Positions 1 to 10,629 are shown, counted from the first letter of the stretch. The stretch is 64,000 bases of DNA from Candidatus Nomurabacteria bacterium (GCA_040376695.1 JBEIQD010000001.1:217029-281028), one strand, 5' to 3'. Notes: a model not told the origin generated them from the sequence alone. Program-made: numbers and translations.

Positions 1-572
1 ATAAGAGGGTACTGTCCAATTTCTCGGAGATACATCTGAATACTGTCGTGAGTACTATCTCCCCCAGGAAGCTTAAGCTCATCGTCCATATCAAGAAGGT
101 TTCCTCCTTCAAGAACATCGATACCTGCGCTTTCCATTTTCTGATACAACTCCTCGAGATACATGATATCTGTCTCAATCGTAGGGAAATAACGAATGAT
201 TTCATCATACGTAATAAAACCTCGTTCCTTACCTTTAGTTAGGAGTTCGAGCTCGTTCCCTTCGCGGGTTGTTATTTTCTTTGGCTTCTCGGCAATCTTT
301 GGCTTTGAAGGACCAGTCTTAATAGTAAATGCCTTTGGCTTATACTTTGGTTTTGTTTCAACCTTTGGAACTTTTTTCGTAGCAACTTTCTTCACTACTT
401 TCTTTGGAGATTTTGCTATGACTTTCTTCGTTGTTTTCTTTACAGATGTCTTTTTGACAGATGTCACCTTTTTCTTTGGTGCAACTTTTTTCGCTTGAGC
501 TTTTTTTGCTGCTGGTTTTACCGCAGTTTTTTTCTGTACACTTTTTGATTTTGAAGAAACTTTTTTCGCCAT
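1..572 (-). CDS. rpoD: RNA polymerase sigma-70 factor RpoD, N-terminal part (gene runs off the window start). Not in the ORF track because it has no in-window stop.
   Basis: Minus-strand ATG at 572..570 opens a frame that stays open to position 1. Translation: MAKKVSSKSKSVQKK... (about 95 aa Lys-rich) ...ELELLTKGKERGFITYDEIIRYFP...DSIQMYLREIGQYPL, which matches sigma-70 regions 1.1 and 1.2. The gene sits immediately downstream of dnaG, the classic dnaG-rpoD arrangement. Confidence 0.85.
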   Translation of the reverse strand, partial: MAKKVSSKSKSVQKKTAVKPAAKKAQAKKVAPKKKVTSVKKTSVKKTTKKVIAKSPKKVVKKVATKKVPKVETKPKYKPKAFTIKTGPSKPKIAEKPKKITTREGNELELLTKGKERGFITYDEIIRYFPTIETDIMYLEELYQKMESAGIDVLEGGNLLDMDDELKLPGGDSTHDSIQMYLREIGQYPL

Positions 573-638
573 AATGCGTGTACTCGCGATTATACCACAA
601 TTACACAAAAAGGTCGAGGTACATCAAAAAATAATAAT

Positions 639-2267
639 TTACGGATTACGGCTTTTTGCGTGAGTAGAAAGTTCTTGAAGTAACTTTTTCTCATCTTCTG
701 TTCCCTTTTCAACTAACAGTAATTTAGCGTGTAAATCGGCGTACTTTTCCTTATCTATTATTTTTTTATATGTCGTAATAAGATCACGTAGATAAATATC
801 TACGTCTCCTGTTCCTTTCTCTTCAAGTTTAAACATTTCTTCCTGGAGTACTGCTTCTGGGAATTGTGTTAGATCAAGAGACAGCTCAACAAATTTTGGA
901 TCATCTAGTTTTCCTTTAAGAGTCGCAAAAGCAATCATCTCTCGCAATAATCGTTCCTTGCTATGCATCACATCTTGCACACGCACGGCAGCAACTTCAG
1001 GCTGAGAAAGTACTCCTCGAGATAATTCTTCCATGAGCGTAGTATTTGGAATACCTGAAACATCAGCAATTATTTTTATGAAATGAGCCCTATCAATAGG
1101 TGATTGAATAGCTCTCACAAATGGAAGCACCTCCGTCACAATACGTTTTCCTTGAGCACGAGGTTCTGGTTCTGCAGCAATACTACTTGTAAGCATGACT
1201 TCTACAATATGCTTTTTCTTCGTGACACTTTCTTTCCATGCGCTTGGGTTTTCACGTATAAGATCTGCAGGGTCTTTTGTTCCCAAATCAGTAACGACAT
1301 ACACGTCCAATCCTCCAAGGAGACATAAAAGAGCTGTCTTTTTGAGGGCAGACTGTCCTGCGGTGTCAGCGTCGAAAGAAAGAATCACCGTATCACAAAA
1401 ACGTTTTATAAGGTTGATATGTTCGTCCGTAAACGCTGTACCTGAAACAGCAACAGTATTGTGAATTCCCGCTTGGTAACTCATACATAAATCCATTTGT
1501 CCCTCAACAACCACAACTGATTTAGAGATAGACATCTCTTTCTTTGCAGTATCATATCCAAAAAGAATTTTTGATTTGTGATACAACGCCGTCTCTGGAG
1601 TATTCACATATTTACCCTGAGCCACGGATGGATCCACCAGTGACGGAAGGATTCTCCCTGAATACCCGACTGTTGCCCCTGATACGTTTCGTATAGGAAA
1701 CATCACCCGTCCACGAAATCGATCATAATAGCCTTTCTCTGTTTTTATCATAATACCTGCCGCCTCCATCTCTTCTGGTTGATACCCTTTTGATGCTAAT
1801 AGAATAAACAAATCTCGCCATTCATTTTTTGCATATCCAACGTGAAAAGTTTTTATAGTTTCTTCAGTAAGACCTCGCTCTAAAAGATACTGTTTTGCTT
1901 CTGGGCTGTTGTGTAAATTCTTTTCAAAGTGTTCAGTGACATCTTTAAGGATAGCTATAAGACGAGATTCTTCTTTATTCTTTTCAGAGTTAGTAAGAAC
2001 CACTCCTGCGCGATCAGCTAGAATTTTCAATGCCTCAAAAAAAGGAATATTTTCAATTTTCTCAACAAACGTAAAAATATCCCCGTGTGCTTGGCATCCG
2101 AAACAATGAAAATTCTTTCGTTCTGGAGATACGTAAAATGATGGCGTGCGCTCATTATGGAATGGACAGCGGGCACGGAATTGGGCGCCTGACTTTTCCA
2201 AACGAATATAGGTTGAGACCACTTCCGTAATGGACAGATTTTCCTTGATCTGGTCTTTTGGGTTCAT
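639..2267 (-). CDS. dnaG: DNA primase DnaG
   Basis: CHC2 zinc finger (CPFHNERTPSF...CFGCQAHGD), Toprim region (VVVVEGQMD, SFDADTAG) and a DnaB-interaction C-terminus; 542 aa. Confidence 0.92.
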   Translation of the reverse strand: MNPKDQIKENLSITEVVSTYIRLEKSGAQFRARCPFHNERTPSFYVSPERKNFHCFGCQAHGDIFTFVEKIENIPFFEALKILADRAGVVLTNSEKNKEESRLIAILKDVTEHFEKNLHNSPEAKQYLLERGLTEETIKTFHVGYAKNEWRDLFILLASKGYQPEEMEAAGIMIKTEKGYYDRFRGRVMFPIRNVSGATVGYSGRILPSLVDPSVAQGKYVNTPETALYHKSKILFGYDTAKKEMSISKSVVVVEGQMDLCMSYQAGIHNTVAVSGTAFTDEHINLIKRFCDTVILSFDADTAGQSALKKTALLCLLGGLDVYVVTDLGTKDPADLIRENPSAWKESVTKKKHIVEVMLTSSIAAEPEPRAQGKRIVTEVLPFVRAIQSPIDRAHFIKIIADVSGIPNTTLMEELSRGVLSQPEVAAVRVQDVMHSKERLLREMIAFATLKGKLDDPKFVELSLDLTQFPEAVLQEEMFKLEEKGTGDVDIYLRDLITTYKKIIDKEKYADLHAKLLLVEKGTEDEKKLLQELSTHAKSRNP

Positions 2268-2309
2268 GTGCCTATTTTACCATGTAAGCAAAATATCTTC
2301 TGGCAAAAC

Positions 2310-2335
2310 AAAAACAGCCCTTTCGAGCTGTTTTT
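2310..2335 (-). terminator. Intrinsic terminator downstream of rpoC
   Basis: Hairpin aaaaacagccctttcgagctgttttt with a T-run on the minus strand directly after the rpoC stop. Confidence 0.55.
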
Positions 2336-2350
2336 GTTTTGTAAAAAATA

Positions 2351-5300
2351 TTACTTACCTTCTTGCTTTCCTCGGAGCCCTGTTCCGGCTGGGATAAGTC
2401 GTCCAATGATAACGTTTTCCTTAAGTCCTCGTAGCTGATCCATTTGTCCACGAGTAGACGCTGTGATAAGCACACGAGTAGTGTTCTGGAATGATGCTGA
2501 AGAGAGCCATGAGTCAGTAGAGAGAGCAACGTCTGTGATACCAAGTACCAAACTACGCCCCTTCGCTTCTGTCTTTCCTTCTTCCTTCATACGAGCATTC
2601 TCATAACGGAATGTTGAGATTTCAACCACATCAGACTGCGTAAAGCGAGTGTCTCCTGGGTTTGTAATCTTAACGCGTCCAAACATCTGCTTGATGATAA
2701 CTTCAACGTGCTTACGAGTGATCGCAGCTCCTTGTAGTTCATACACCTTGTTGATTTCAGAAACGATGTACTCTGCGGCAACGTCCTTACCAGCGTATGT
2801 GAAGAGTTCGTCAATATCAGCAGAACCATCAGTCATCATCTGACCTTTTTCTACTACATCTCCAACCTTCACAATTACCTGACGGCGATATGGCACAGTG
2901 TATTCCACCTGCTTACCACTCTTGTTACCCTTTGCTCCATCATCATCTCCGATAATAACAATAACCTTTTCTTTCCCTTCATCACGGATACCCATGATTT
3001 CACCTGCTTCGTGAGCGATGATAGCTGGGTTCTTTGGTGCACGTCGTTCGAAGATTTCTTCAACACGAGGAAGACCTTGTGTGATGTCGACTCCCGAAAC
3101 TCCTCCGGCGTGGAATGTACGCATAGTAAGCTGTGTTCCTGGTTCACCGATGGCTTGCGCAGCAACGATACCAACTGCTTCTCCAAGGTCTACCTTCTTG
3201 TTACGTCCCATGTCTAGTCCGTAACACTTCTGACAGATACCATGTAGTGACTGACAAGCAAGTGGTGAGAATACATTTGCTTCCTCCACTCCTGCGTTTT
3301 CAATTACAAGTGCATCGTCCTTGTTAACAAGGTGATTCTTCTTGTAAAGAACTTTACCGTCTACAACAATATCTTCAGCGAGTACACGTCCACGAACGTT
3401 CTTTGAAATTGGAACTTCGATACCGAGCGCGTTTTCCTTTCGGATTGTCTTACTCTCTTTTGTCCCACAATCAATTTCTGTAATGATCGCGTCCTGAGCC
3501 ACATCCACCAAACGACGAGTAAGGTATCCGGCCTGCGCTGTTTTAAGAGCGGTGTCAGAGTTACCCTTACGAGCTCCGTAGGTAGTAATGAAGTACTCTA
3601 GTGGTGTCAAACCTTCCTTGTATGATGAGATAACTGGGAAGTCGATGTTACGCCCTGAGTTGTTCACGATGATACCCTTCATACCTGACATCTGAATAAC
3701 CTGAGCGATAGAACCTCGGGCACCAGACGTAATAAGGTCATACACTGATCCATGCTTTTCGAAAGACTCTGGAACAAGCTTTTCAATTCTTGAACGAATT
3801 GCCTGCCATACTTCGATAGTCTTTGAGTAACGCTCTTCAGATGATAGAAGACCTTCTTCGTAGTCAGCTTCAACACGTGCTGCGTTATCCCAACCTTCAG
3901 CAATAAGAGCTGGCTTTTCCTTTGGAACCTTAACAGCATCAATATTCCATGTTGTTCCTGAAATAGTTGCATACTTGTAACCGAATGCTTTAATCTTGTC
4001 GATTACAGATGGTGCAGTCTCAAGACCATACGTAAGAATAACTTGATCAATAATAAGGTTCATCTTCTTCACAGCTACTTCATCATTCATGTATGGGAAG
4101 TCAGACGGGAATACAGAGTTAAAGAGAAGACGTCCAATTGTTGTTTCAAATGGCTTACCTTCAAACTGTGCATACTTTGCTTTTTCAGTTGAAGCCATCA
4201 CCCACACCTTTGCGCGGAATGATACAACACCGAAGTCATACGCTGTGATTGCTTCGTTTGGAGAAGCGAAGTACTTACCTTCACCCTTCTCTCCTTCAAT
4301 CATCTTTGTCATCCAGTACACACCAAGCACCATATCCATTCGAGGGTTAACGATTGAGTCTCCAGATCCAGGGCGGAGTAGGTTTCGGTTCGCCGCCATA
4401 AGCGTACGAGCTTCTTCCTGCGCTGCTACTGAAAGTGGAAGGTGAACGGCCATCTGGTCACCGTCGAAGTCAGCGTTAAAGGCCTGACATACAAGCGGGT
4501 GAAGCTGAATAGCATTACCTTCAATAAGACGAGGGTTGAACGCCTGAATACCAAGTCTGTGAAGTGTAGGAGCGCGGTTCAAGAGTACGTACTTTCCAGC
4601 AATACACTCTTCAAGAATTGCCCACACTTCTGGGATACTGTCTTCGATCAACTTATTCGCACCACGAATGTTGAACGCAAGTTCTCGTTCGAGAAGCTTT
4701 GAGATAACGAATGGCTTGAAGAGTTCAAGTGCCATGTGCTTTGGAAGTCCACACTCATTTAACTGAAGTGAAGGACCAACCACAATAACTGAACGAGCTG
4801 AATAGTCCACACGCTTTCCAAGAAGATTTCCGCGGAGAAGACCTTGCTTACCCTTAAGGTTATCAGAAAGTGACTTAAGCTGACGCTTCTGTGACTGACT
4901 CATAACAGCATCCTGTCCATGACGAGCTGAGTTGTCGATAAGAGCATCGATAGCTTCCTGGAGAATACGCTTTTCGTTACGCAAAATAACATCAGGCGCT
5001 CCAATTTCCATCAACTTCTTAAGACGGTTGTTACGGTTGATTACACGACGGTAAAGGTCGTTCACATCAGATGCCGCGTAGCGTCCTCCTTCAAGAGCAA
5101 CCATAGGACGAATCCCTGGAGGAATAACTGGAATAACTGTCATGAACATCCATTCTGGACGAATGCCAGCGTTCTTAAACGCACGAACAAGAGAAAGTCT
5201 CTTTTCCGCTTTTTCACGCTCAAGCGCACCAGCTTTTTCAAGGCGAAGCACAATAGCAGCTTCGAGCTCTGAAAGATCAATTGTCTTAAAGATTTCGTAG

Positions 5301-5953
5301 ATTGCTTCCGCTCCAATTCCTGCTTCGAACATTGTTCCATACTTCATTGAGAAGCGGTGGTATGTAAGTTCATCAAAAATCTTCCAAGGTTTAATTTCTT
5401 CAATTTCCTTCTTTGTTGCTGTCAAAAGTTCACGGAGTTTATCCTGTGTCTTTTCATCGGCTGCTGACTTTACCTTTGCCTTGAATTCAGATTCAAGATT
5501 TGAAAGAAGTTCTTCCTTCGCTGCCTGATTAACTGACTTCACAACATATCCAGCAAAGTACACAACCTTCTCAACGTCAGATACTGGCTGAGCCAAAATG
5601 TTTGCAATACGAGATGGAACAGTACGTAGGAACCAGATGTGTGCAACCGGAGAAGCAAGTTCAATGTGCCCCATTCGTTCACGACGAACGATAGACTTTG
5701 TTACTTCAACCCCACACTTCTCACACACAATATCCTTATAACGGATACGTCGGTATTTTCCACAATAACATTCATAGTCCTTTTCTGGACCGAAGATACG
5801 CTCATCAAAGAGACCGTATCGTTCTGAACGTCCTGTTCGGTAGTTAATCGTCTCTGGCTTCGTAACCTCACCAAATGACCAAGAACGGATAGCTTCTGGA
5901 GAAGCAATCTTGATCGCGAGACCGTCGAAATTATTTGTATCGATTGTTTTCAT
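2351..5953 (-). CDS. rpoC: DNA-directed RNA polymerase subunit beta-prime
   Basis: 1200 aa; NADFDGDQMAVHLP catalytic motif, zinc-binding Cys clusters, trigger-loop region. Confidence 0.97.
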   Translation of the reverse strand: MKTIDTNNFDGLAIKIASPEAIRSWSFGEVTKPETINYRTGRSERYGLFDERIFGPEKDYECYCGKYRRIRYKDIVCEKCGVEVTKSIVRRERMGHIELASPVAHIWFLRTVPSRIANILAQPVSDVEKVVYFAGYVVKSVNQAAKEELLSNLESEFKAKVKSAADEKTQDKLRELLTATKKEIEEIKPWKIFDELTYHRFSMKYGTMFEAGIGAEAIYEIFKTIDLSELEAAIVLRLEKAGALEREKAEKRLSLVRAFKNAGIRPEWMFMTVIPVIPPGIRPMVALEGGRYAASDVNDLYRRVINRNNRLKKLMEIGAPDVILRNEKRILQEAIDALIDNSARHGQDAVMSQSQKRQLKSLSDNLKGKQGLLRGNLLGKRVDYSARSVIVVGPSLQLNECGLPKHMALELFKPFVISKLLERELAFNIRGANKLIEDSIPEVWAILEECIAGKYVLLNRAPTLHRLGIQAFNPRLIEGNAIQLHPLVCQAFNADFDGDQMAVHLPLSVAAQEEARTLMAANRNLLRPGSGDSIVNPRMDMVLGVYWMTKMIEGEKGEGKYFASPNEAITAYDFGVVSFRAKVWVMASTEKAKYAQFEGKPFETTIGRLLFNSVFPSDFPYMNDEVAVKKMNLIIDQVILTYGLETAPSVIDKIKAFGYKYATISGTTWNIDAVKVPKEKPALIAEGWDNAARVEADYEEGLLSSEERYSKTIEVWQAIRSRIEKLVPESFEKHGSVYDLITSGARGSIAQVIQMSGMKGIIVNNSGRNIDFPVISSYKEGLTPLEYFITTYGARKGNSDTALKTAQAGYLTRRLVDVAQDAIITEIDCGTKESKTIRKENALGIEVPISKNVRGRVLAEDIVVDGKVLYKKNHLVNKDDALVIENAGVEEANVFSPLACQSLHGICQKCYGLDMGRNKKVDLGEAVGIVAAQAIGEPGTQLTMRTFHAGGVSGVDITQGLPRVEEIFERRAPKNPAIIAHEAGEIMGIRDEGKEKVIVIIGDDDGAKGNKSGKQVEYTVPYRRQVIVKVGDVVEKGQMMTDGSADIDELFTYAGKDVAAEYIVSEINKVYELQGAAITRKHVEVIIKQMFGRVKITNPGDTRFTQSDVVEISTFRYENARMKEEGKTEAKGRSLVLGITDVALSTDSWLSSASFQNTTRVLITASTRGQMDQLRGLKENVIIGRLIPAGTGLRGKQEGK

Positions 5954-5976
5954 AGTTTAAGTGTTGATTACGTAGC

Positions 5977-8900
5977 TTATAAAGATGATTCACCAAGTAT
6001 TGTCTCCCGCTCTGACTCGATCTTTCGTGGTCCAACATCAAGTGAAAGTCCTCGAAGTGTGTTCAACATCACAGTAAATGATGCAGGAGTATTTGGCTCC
6101 TTCACGTCTTCTCCCTTGATAATCGAATCAAACGCTGCAGAACGTCCTACGATATCGTCAGACTTAACTGTTAGCATTTCACGCAAAATGTGTGCTGCTC
6201 CGTAACCTTCGAGTGCCCATACTTCCATTTCCCCGAATCTCTGTCCTCCTCCCTGAGCCTTTCCACCAAGTGGCTGCTGCGTAATAAGAGAGTAAGGGCC
6301 GATTGAACGCATGTGAATCTTATCTTCAACCATATGGTGAAGTTTCATGATGTACATAACACCAACGGCAGTTTCCTGATTGAAAGCCTCACCCGTTCGT
6401 CCGTCGTAAAGTTGTACTGTTCCCTGTTCGTTGTATCCAGCCTTTACAAGCTCTTCCTTGATTTCAGTTTCAGTAGCTCCCTGGAATGAAGGCACAATAG
6501 CCTGGTATCCAAGCGCATCAGCTGCAAGACCAAGGTACATTTCAAGAATCTGTCCAAGGTTCATACGTGATGGCACACCAAGCGGCGTAAGCAAGATGTC
6601 GATAGGAGTTCCATCTTTATCAAATGGCATTTCTTCTACCGGAAGAATTGTTGAGATAACTCCCTTGTTACCGTGACGTCCAGCAAGCTTATCTCCAACA
6701 GAGATGTTACGGATCTGCGCAACCTCAATGTGAATACGCTTGATGATTCCACTTTCTAGCTGATCACCTCGTTCACGAGAGAATACCTTCACACCAATAA
6801 TACGTCCACGCTTTCCGTGATCTAGTCGAAGTGAAGAGTCCTTCACGTCGCGAACCTTTTCACCGAAGATAGAACGTAGAAGTCTCTCTTCTGGGGTAAG
6901 TTCAGTTTCTCCCTTTGGAGTGATCTTACCTACCAAAATATCTCCTGGACGAACTTCAGCTCCAATGCGGATGATTCCTTCTTCGTCAAGGTTCTTAAGC
7001 TTGTTTTCTCCAACGTTTGGAATGTCGTGTGTTGTTACTTCAGCTCCAAGCTTTGTATCACGAACGTTACATACGAATTCTTCGATGTGAATTGAAGAGA
7101 ACTTACTTTCACGAACAAGACGCTCTGAAAGAATGATGGCATCTTCATAGTTCGCACCGTTCCAACTCATGAACGCAACACGAATGTTGTGTCCAAGTGC
7201 GATCTGACCATTGTCAGATGTTGCAGCATCAGCAAGTACTTGTCCTTTCTTTACCTTTTCTCCAAGAGACACGATTGGTCGCTGGTGGAATAGGTTGAAA
7301 GCGTTTGTACGTGCGAAGTTGATAAGACTGTATTCATATTCCTTCTTTTCAGATTTGATGATTACTTTCTTTGCATCGACATACTTAACTTCACCTGCTT
7401 CGTCCGCCAAAATAAGACGTCCGATGTGCTTTGCAGCTTCTCCTTCCATACCAGTAGCAACAAATGGTGCTTCTGGAATCATAAGTGGAACTGCTTGTTT
7501 CTGCATGTTTGAACCCATGAGTGCGCGGGTTGCTTCATCGTGCTCGAGGAATGGAATCATAGATGTTGCAACTGAAAACGCTTGGTTTGTTGCTACGTCG
7601 ATGTACTCAACAGCTGATCGATCAACGAGTGCAGGCTGTCCCTGTACACGAGATTCAATCTGTTCGTTTACGAGTTTTCCGTCCTTGTCGTATTCATTTC
7701 CAGCATGTGCAATAATATGACGCTCTTCTTCAAGTGCGTTCATGTACACGATATCCTTTGTGATCTTTCCTTTCTCTACCTTAACGTATGGAGTTTCGAT
7801 AATACCGAAGTCGTTGATACGTGCGTAGTTTGAAAGACGTAGAATAAGACCAATGTTTGGACCTTCTGGAGTGTGGATTGGACACACGCGGCCATAGTGA
7901 GATGTGTGAACGTCACGAACTTCAAAACCTGCTCGTTCACGAGTAAGACCGCCGGGACCGAGGGCTGAAAGTGTACGAAGGTGCTCTACTTCTGCAAGCA
8001 AGTTTTCCTGGTTCATGAACTGAGAAAGCTGGTTTGTTGTAAAGAATTCCTTAATACGTGCCTGAAGTGGGCGCTGGTTGATGATAGCGATAGGAAGTGT
8101 TGTATCAGTATCGATAACAGACATCTTGTCCTGAATGTTTCGCTTCATCTGCATCATACCTGTACGAATCTTCTGTGCCATCATTTCTCCCACGTAACGA
8201 ACACGACGTGAACCGAGGTGGTCAATATCGTCTTCCTGCGCGTTTGGATTATTGTTGAGCTCAATCATGTGATTGATAATCTCAATCATGTCTTCCTTAG
8301 AAAGAGTACGGCGAGCTGCATCCTTATCAGTCTTTGGGTCAATTGGCTTACCGAAACGCTTGTTGAAACGAAAACGTCCAACTGGAGAGAGGTCATAGCG
8401 TTCTGGAGAGAGGATAGAGTCGATATGTTCCTTTGCGTTCTCAGGAGTTGCAAGGTCTCCATCACGAAGACGCTTGTAAATTTCGATGTATGCATCGTGA
8501 ATTGTCTTGATTTCATCACGTTCTACAAGAGCTGACATGAGAGGTCCCGCTACTTCGTGACCTTCAAAAGCCTTCTTGATCTGGTCATCTGTTGTAAGAC
8601 CAAGCACACGGAGGAGTGCAATAGCAGAAAACTTACGCTTCTTGTCGATACGTACGTAAATACCACCATCACTTTCAGTTCCAAGTTCAATCCAAACACC
8701 ACGTGAAGGAATGATCTTTGCACCGAAATACTTCTTACCTTTCGTTTCTTCAGAATCGAAGAAAACACCGAACGATCGGGCAAGCTGAGGAACCACTACA
8801 CGTTCAACACCGTTGATGATGAATGTTCCGTGAACAGTCATGAGCGGAAAATCAGCCATGAAAATCTCCTGTTCCTTAACAGTATTCAAGATTTTGTTTG

Positions 8901-9228
8901 TAAGCTTTACACGAGCGCGAAGTGGCGCTTCGTAGGTAAGCTTGTTTTCCTTAGCATACACTTCTTCGTACTTTGGTGCTGAAAGTTCAAAAGAAATGAA
9001 TTCAAGATCAAACTTCTTTTCTGAGTAGTCACGCAATGGTGAAAATTCACGAAAGATTTCTACAATTCCCTTTTCAGTAAGGTCCTTGTATGAAAGGATT
9101 TGGTTTTCGACGAGGTTAGGAAGTTTAGTAAGCGGTTCTCGATATTTCGAGAACACTTTTTGCGGGCGCACGGTTAAGTGTGATGATTTAGGCATAACGC
9201 AAATGTTGCCAAAGTGACTCTCTTTCAC
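5977..9228 (-). CDS. rpoB: DNA-directed RNA polymerase subunit beta
   Basis: 1083 aa; conserved beta-subunit blocks (GRHGNKGVIS, SALGPGGLTRERAGFEVRDVH etc.). Confidence 0.97.
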   Translation of the reverse strand: MKESHFGNICVMPKSSHLTVRPQKVFSKYREPLTKLPNLVENQILSYKDLTEKGIVEIFREFSPLRDYSEKKFDLEFISFELSAPKYEEVYAKENKLTYEAPLRARVKLTNKILNTVKEQEIFMADFPLMTVHGTFIINGVERVVVPQLARSFGVFFDSEETKGKKYFGAKIIPSRGVWIELGTESDGGIYVRIDKKRKFSAIALLRVLGLTTDDQIKKAFEGHEVAGPLMSALVERDEIKTIHDAYIEIYKRLRDGDLATPENAKEHIDSILSPERYDLSPVGRFRFNKRFGKPIDPKTDKDAARRTLSKEDMIEIINHMIELNNNPNAQEDDIDHLGSRRVRYVGEMMAQKIRTGMMQMKRNIQDKMSVIDTDTTLPIAIINQRPLQARIKEFFTTNQLSQFMNQENLLAEVEHLRTLSALGPGGLTRERAGFEVRDVHTSHYGRVCPIHTPEGPNIGLILRLSNYARINDFGIIETPYVKVEKGKITKDIVYMNALEEERHIIAHAGNEYDKDGKLVNEQIESRVQGQPALVDRSAVEYIDVATNQAFSVATSMIPFLEHDEATRALMGSNMQKQAVPLMIPEAPFVATGMEGEAAKHIGRLILADEAGEVKYVDAKKVIIKSEKKEYEYSLINFARTNAFNLFHQRPIVSLGEKVKKGQVLADAATSDNGQIALGHNIRVAFMSWNGANYEDAIILSERLVRESKFSSIHIEEFVCNVRDTKLGAEVTTHDIPNVGENKLKNLDEEGIIRIGAEVRPGDILVGKITPKGETELTPEERLLRSIFGEKVRDVKDSSLRLDHGKRGRIIGVKVFSRERGDQLESGIIKRIHIEVAQIRNISVGDKLAGRHGNKGVISTILPVEEMPFDKDGTPIDILLTPLGVPSRMNLGQILEMYLGLAADALGYQAIVPSFQGATETEIKEELVKAGYNEQGTVQLYDGRTGEAFNQETAVGVMYIMKLHHMVEDKIHMRSIGPYSLITQQPLGGKAQGGGQRFGEMEVWALEGYGAAHILREMLTVKSDDIVGRSAAFDSIIKGEDVKEPNTPASFTVMLNTLRGLSLDVGPRKIESERETILGESSL

Positions 9229-9443
9229 CTTGGCTTAACAGTATTTAAATAAGTAACCCTAATAATTCCTCTCTTTATTGCCTCTCGGACGGAACTCAAT
9301 CGTGGTCAATAGTGGAAAGATTATAACATACAAGCCTGCAATAGTAAATAATCGAGGAGTGAATAGCTTGCAATTGCTAAAAACCTCATTTTAAAGACAT
9401 TATCCCCTACACAGAGGCTCTTTTGAACTATATACTTAAACGT

Positions 9444-10016
9444 ATGAATATTCTTATCGTCAAAGCCCATCCATCTCCGCTTGGACACACTCACAAAATT
9501 GCAGAGACCTACGCACAAGCAAAGAAAAATAAAGGTCATACCGTAAAGATTATTGACCTCTACGCAGCAGAAAATCAGTGCGAACTTCTTTGTTTTGAAA
9601 ATATTCGAGAAATGGTTCCGCCAAAAATGCAAAAAGTATTCGAAGACCAAATAGCATGGGCAAATGAAATCGTTGTTGTACACCCTATCTGGTGGGGACT
9701 CCCTCCTGCAATTATGAAAAACTGGGTTGATCTCGCTTTCTGGGTACACTTTGCATACATGTATATGCCGGACGGACATGTTAAACCGATGCTTAGTGGA
9801 AAAACTGCGAAAGTCTTCGCGACTTCTGGTGGAACTGGGTGGTGGTATCATCTTCCACTTCTTCCTTTGGCGTCATTCTGGAAGACGTGCGTCTTTGGTT
9901 TCACTGGTGTTGAAGTTATTGATTTTAAAGTTTGCACTAATCTGGATAAGTGGCGTGGAGAAAAAGCAGACAAACACTTTGAGAAATTCTTGAAGAAGAT
10001 AGAAACTTCTGCGTAA
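9444..10016 (+). CDS. Flavodoxin-like-fold NAD(P)H-dependent oxidoreductase (MdaB/KefF-type quinone reductase family)
   Basis: N-terminus MNILIVKAHPSP...VKIIDLY, typical of the Flavodoxin_2 NAD(P)H dehydrogenase fold. Start chosen at the internal Met 9444 rather than the ORF-track start 9423. Confidence 0.65.
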   Translation: MNILIVKAHPSPLGHTHKIAETYAQAKKNKGHTVKIIDLYAAENQCELLCFENIREMVPPKMQKVFEDQIAWANEIVVVHPIWWGLPPAIMKNWVDLAFWVHFAYMYMPDGHVKPMLSGKTAKVFATSGGTGWWYHLPLLPLASFWKTCVFGFTGVEVIDFKVCTNLDKWRGEKADKHFEKFLKKIETSA

Positions 10017-10020
10017 TTAG

Positions 10021-10614
10021 TTATATATACTGCTTTACTATTTTAAAATCTTCTAGTAAAACAGTTTTATTTTTAGGATTGTAGAGCGCCGCAGCTGGGT
10101 GATACAAAGGAAGTAATATAACCTTTCCATATGGAAGCTCTCCTTCATAGACTTTTCCATGCATGACACCTATCGTATCCAACTTTTCTTTGATACCCGC
10201 TTTTTCAAAAACATACTTCATACTAATACGCCCAAGAAGCACAATTACTTTTGGTTGAATGATTTCAAGCTGCTTATCGAGATATGGTCCATAGAGAGCA
10301 ATTTCTTGTGGTGTTGGATCTCGATTATCTTGTGGGCGATCTTTCACAACACTTGTGATATAAGTTGCGTTTCTATCCAACCCAATAGACGCAAGCATTT
10401 CATCTAAAAACTTTCCCGACCGCCCACAAAAAGGTTTACCTGTTTCTCCTTCTTTTTTACCAGGCGCCTCTCCAACAAAAAAGATATTTGCATCAAGTGA
10501 TCCTTCACCAATAACAGGCATGTAGTTATTCTCAACTCGGTATTCATAAAGAGGAGAACTCTCAAGAGATATAATCTCATCTTCTATATGCTTCATCATG
10601 AGAGCTTTCATCAT
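10021..10614 (-). CDS. Uracil-DNA glycosylase, family 4
   Basis: GEAPGKKEGETGKPFCGRSGKFLD motif (family-4 UDG signature GEAPG..E...G.PF.G..G). Confidence 0.85.
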   Translation of the reverse strand: MMKALMMKHIEDEIISLESSPLYEYRVENNYMPVIGEGSLDANIFFVGEAPGKKEGETGKPFCGRSGKFLDEMLASIGLDRNATYITSVVKDRPQDNRDPTPQEIALYGPYLDKQLEIIQPKVIVLLGRISMKYVFEKAGIKEKLDTIGVMHGKVYEGELPYGKVILLPLYHPAAALYNPKNKTVLLEDFKIVKQYI

Positions 10615-10629
10615 GTTGGTGAGTATAAC

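Noticed and set aside
48-600. ORF-track ORFs 48..242(+), 196..498(+) and 358..600(-) at the window start
   Set aside because: They are alternative frames of the Lys-rich 5' part of rpoD (minus strand, ATG at 572). Their Phe-rich or odd translations are frame artefacts of the AAG/AAA-rich sequence.
2272-9228. Numerous 60-170-aa ORFs antisense or out of frame within rpoC and rpoB (e.g. 7211..7720, 8218..8535)
   Set aside because: They lie fully inside long, strongly supported conserved genes on the opposite strand or an alternative frame.
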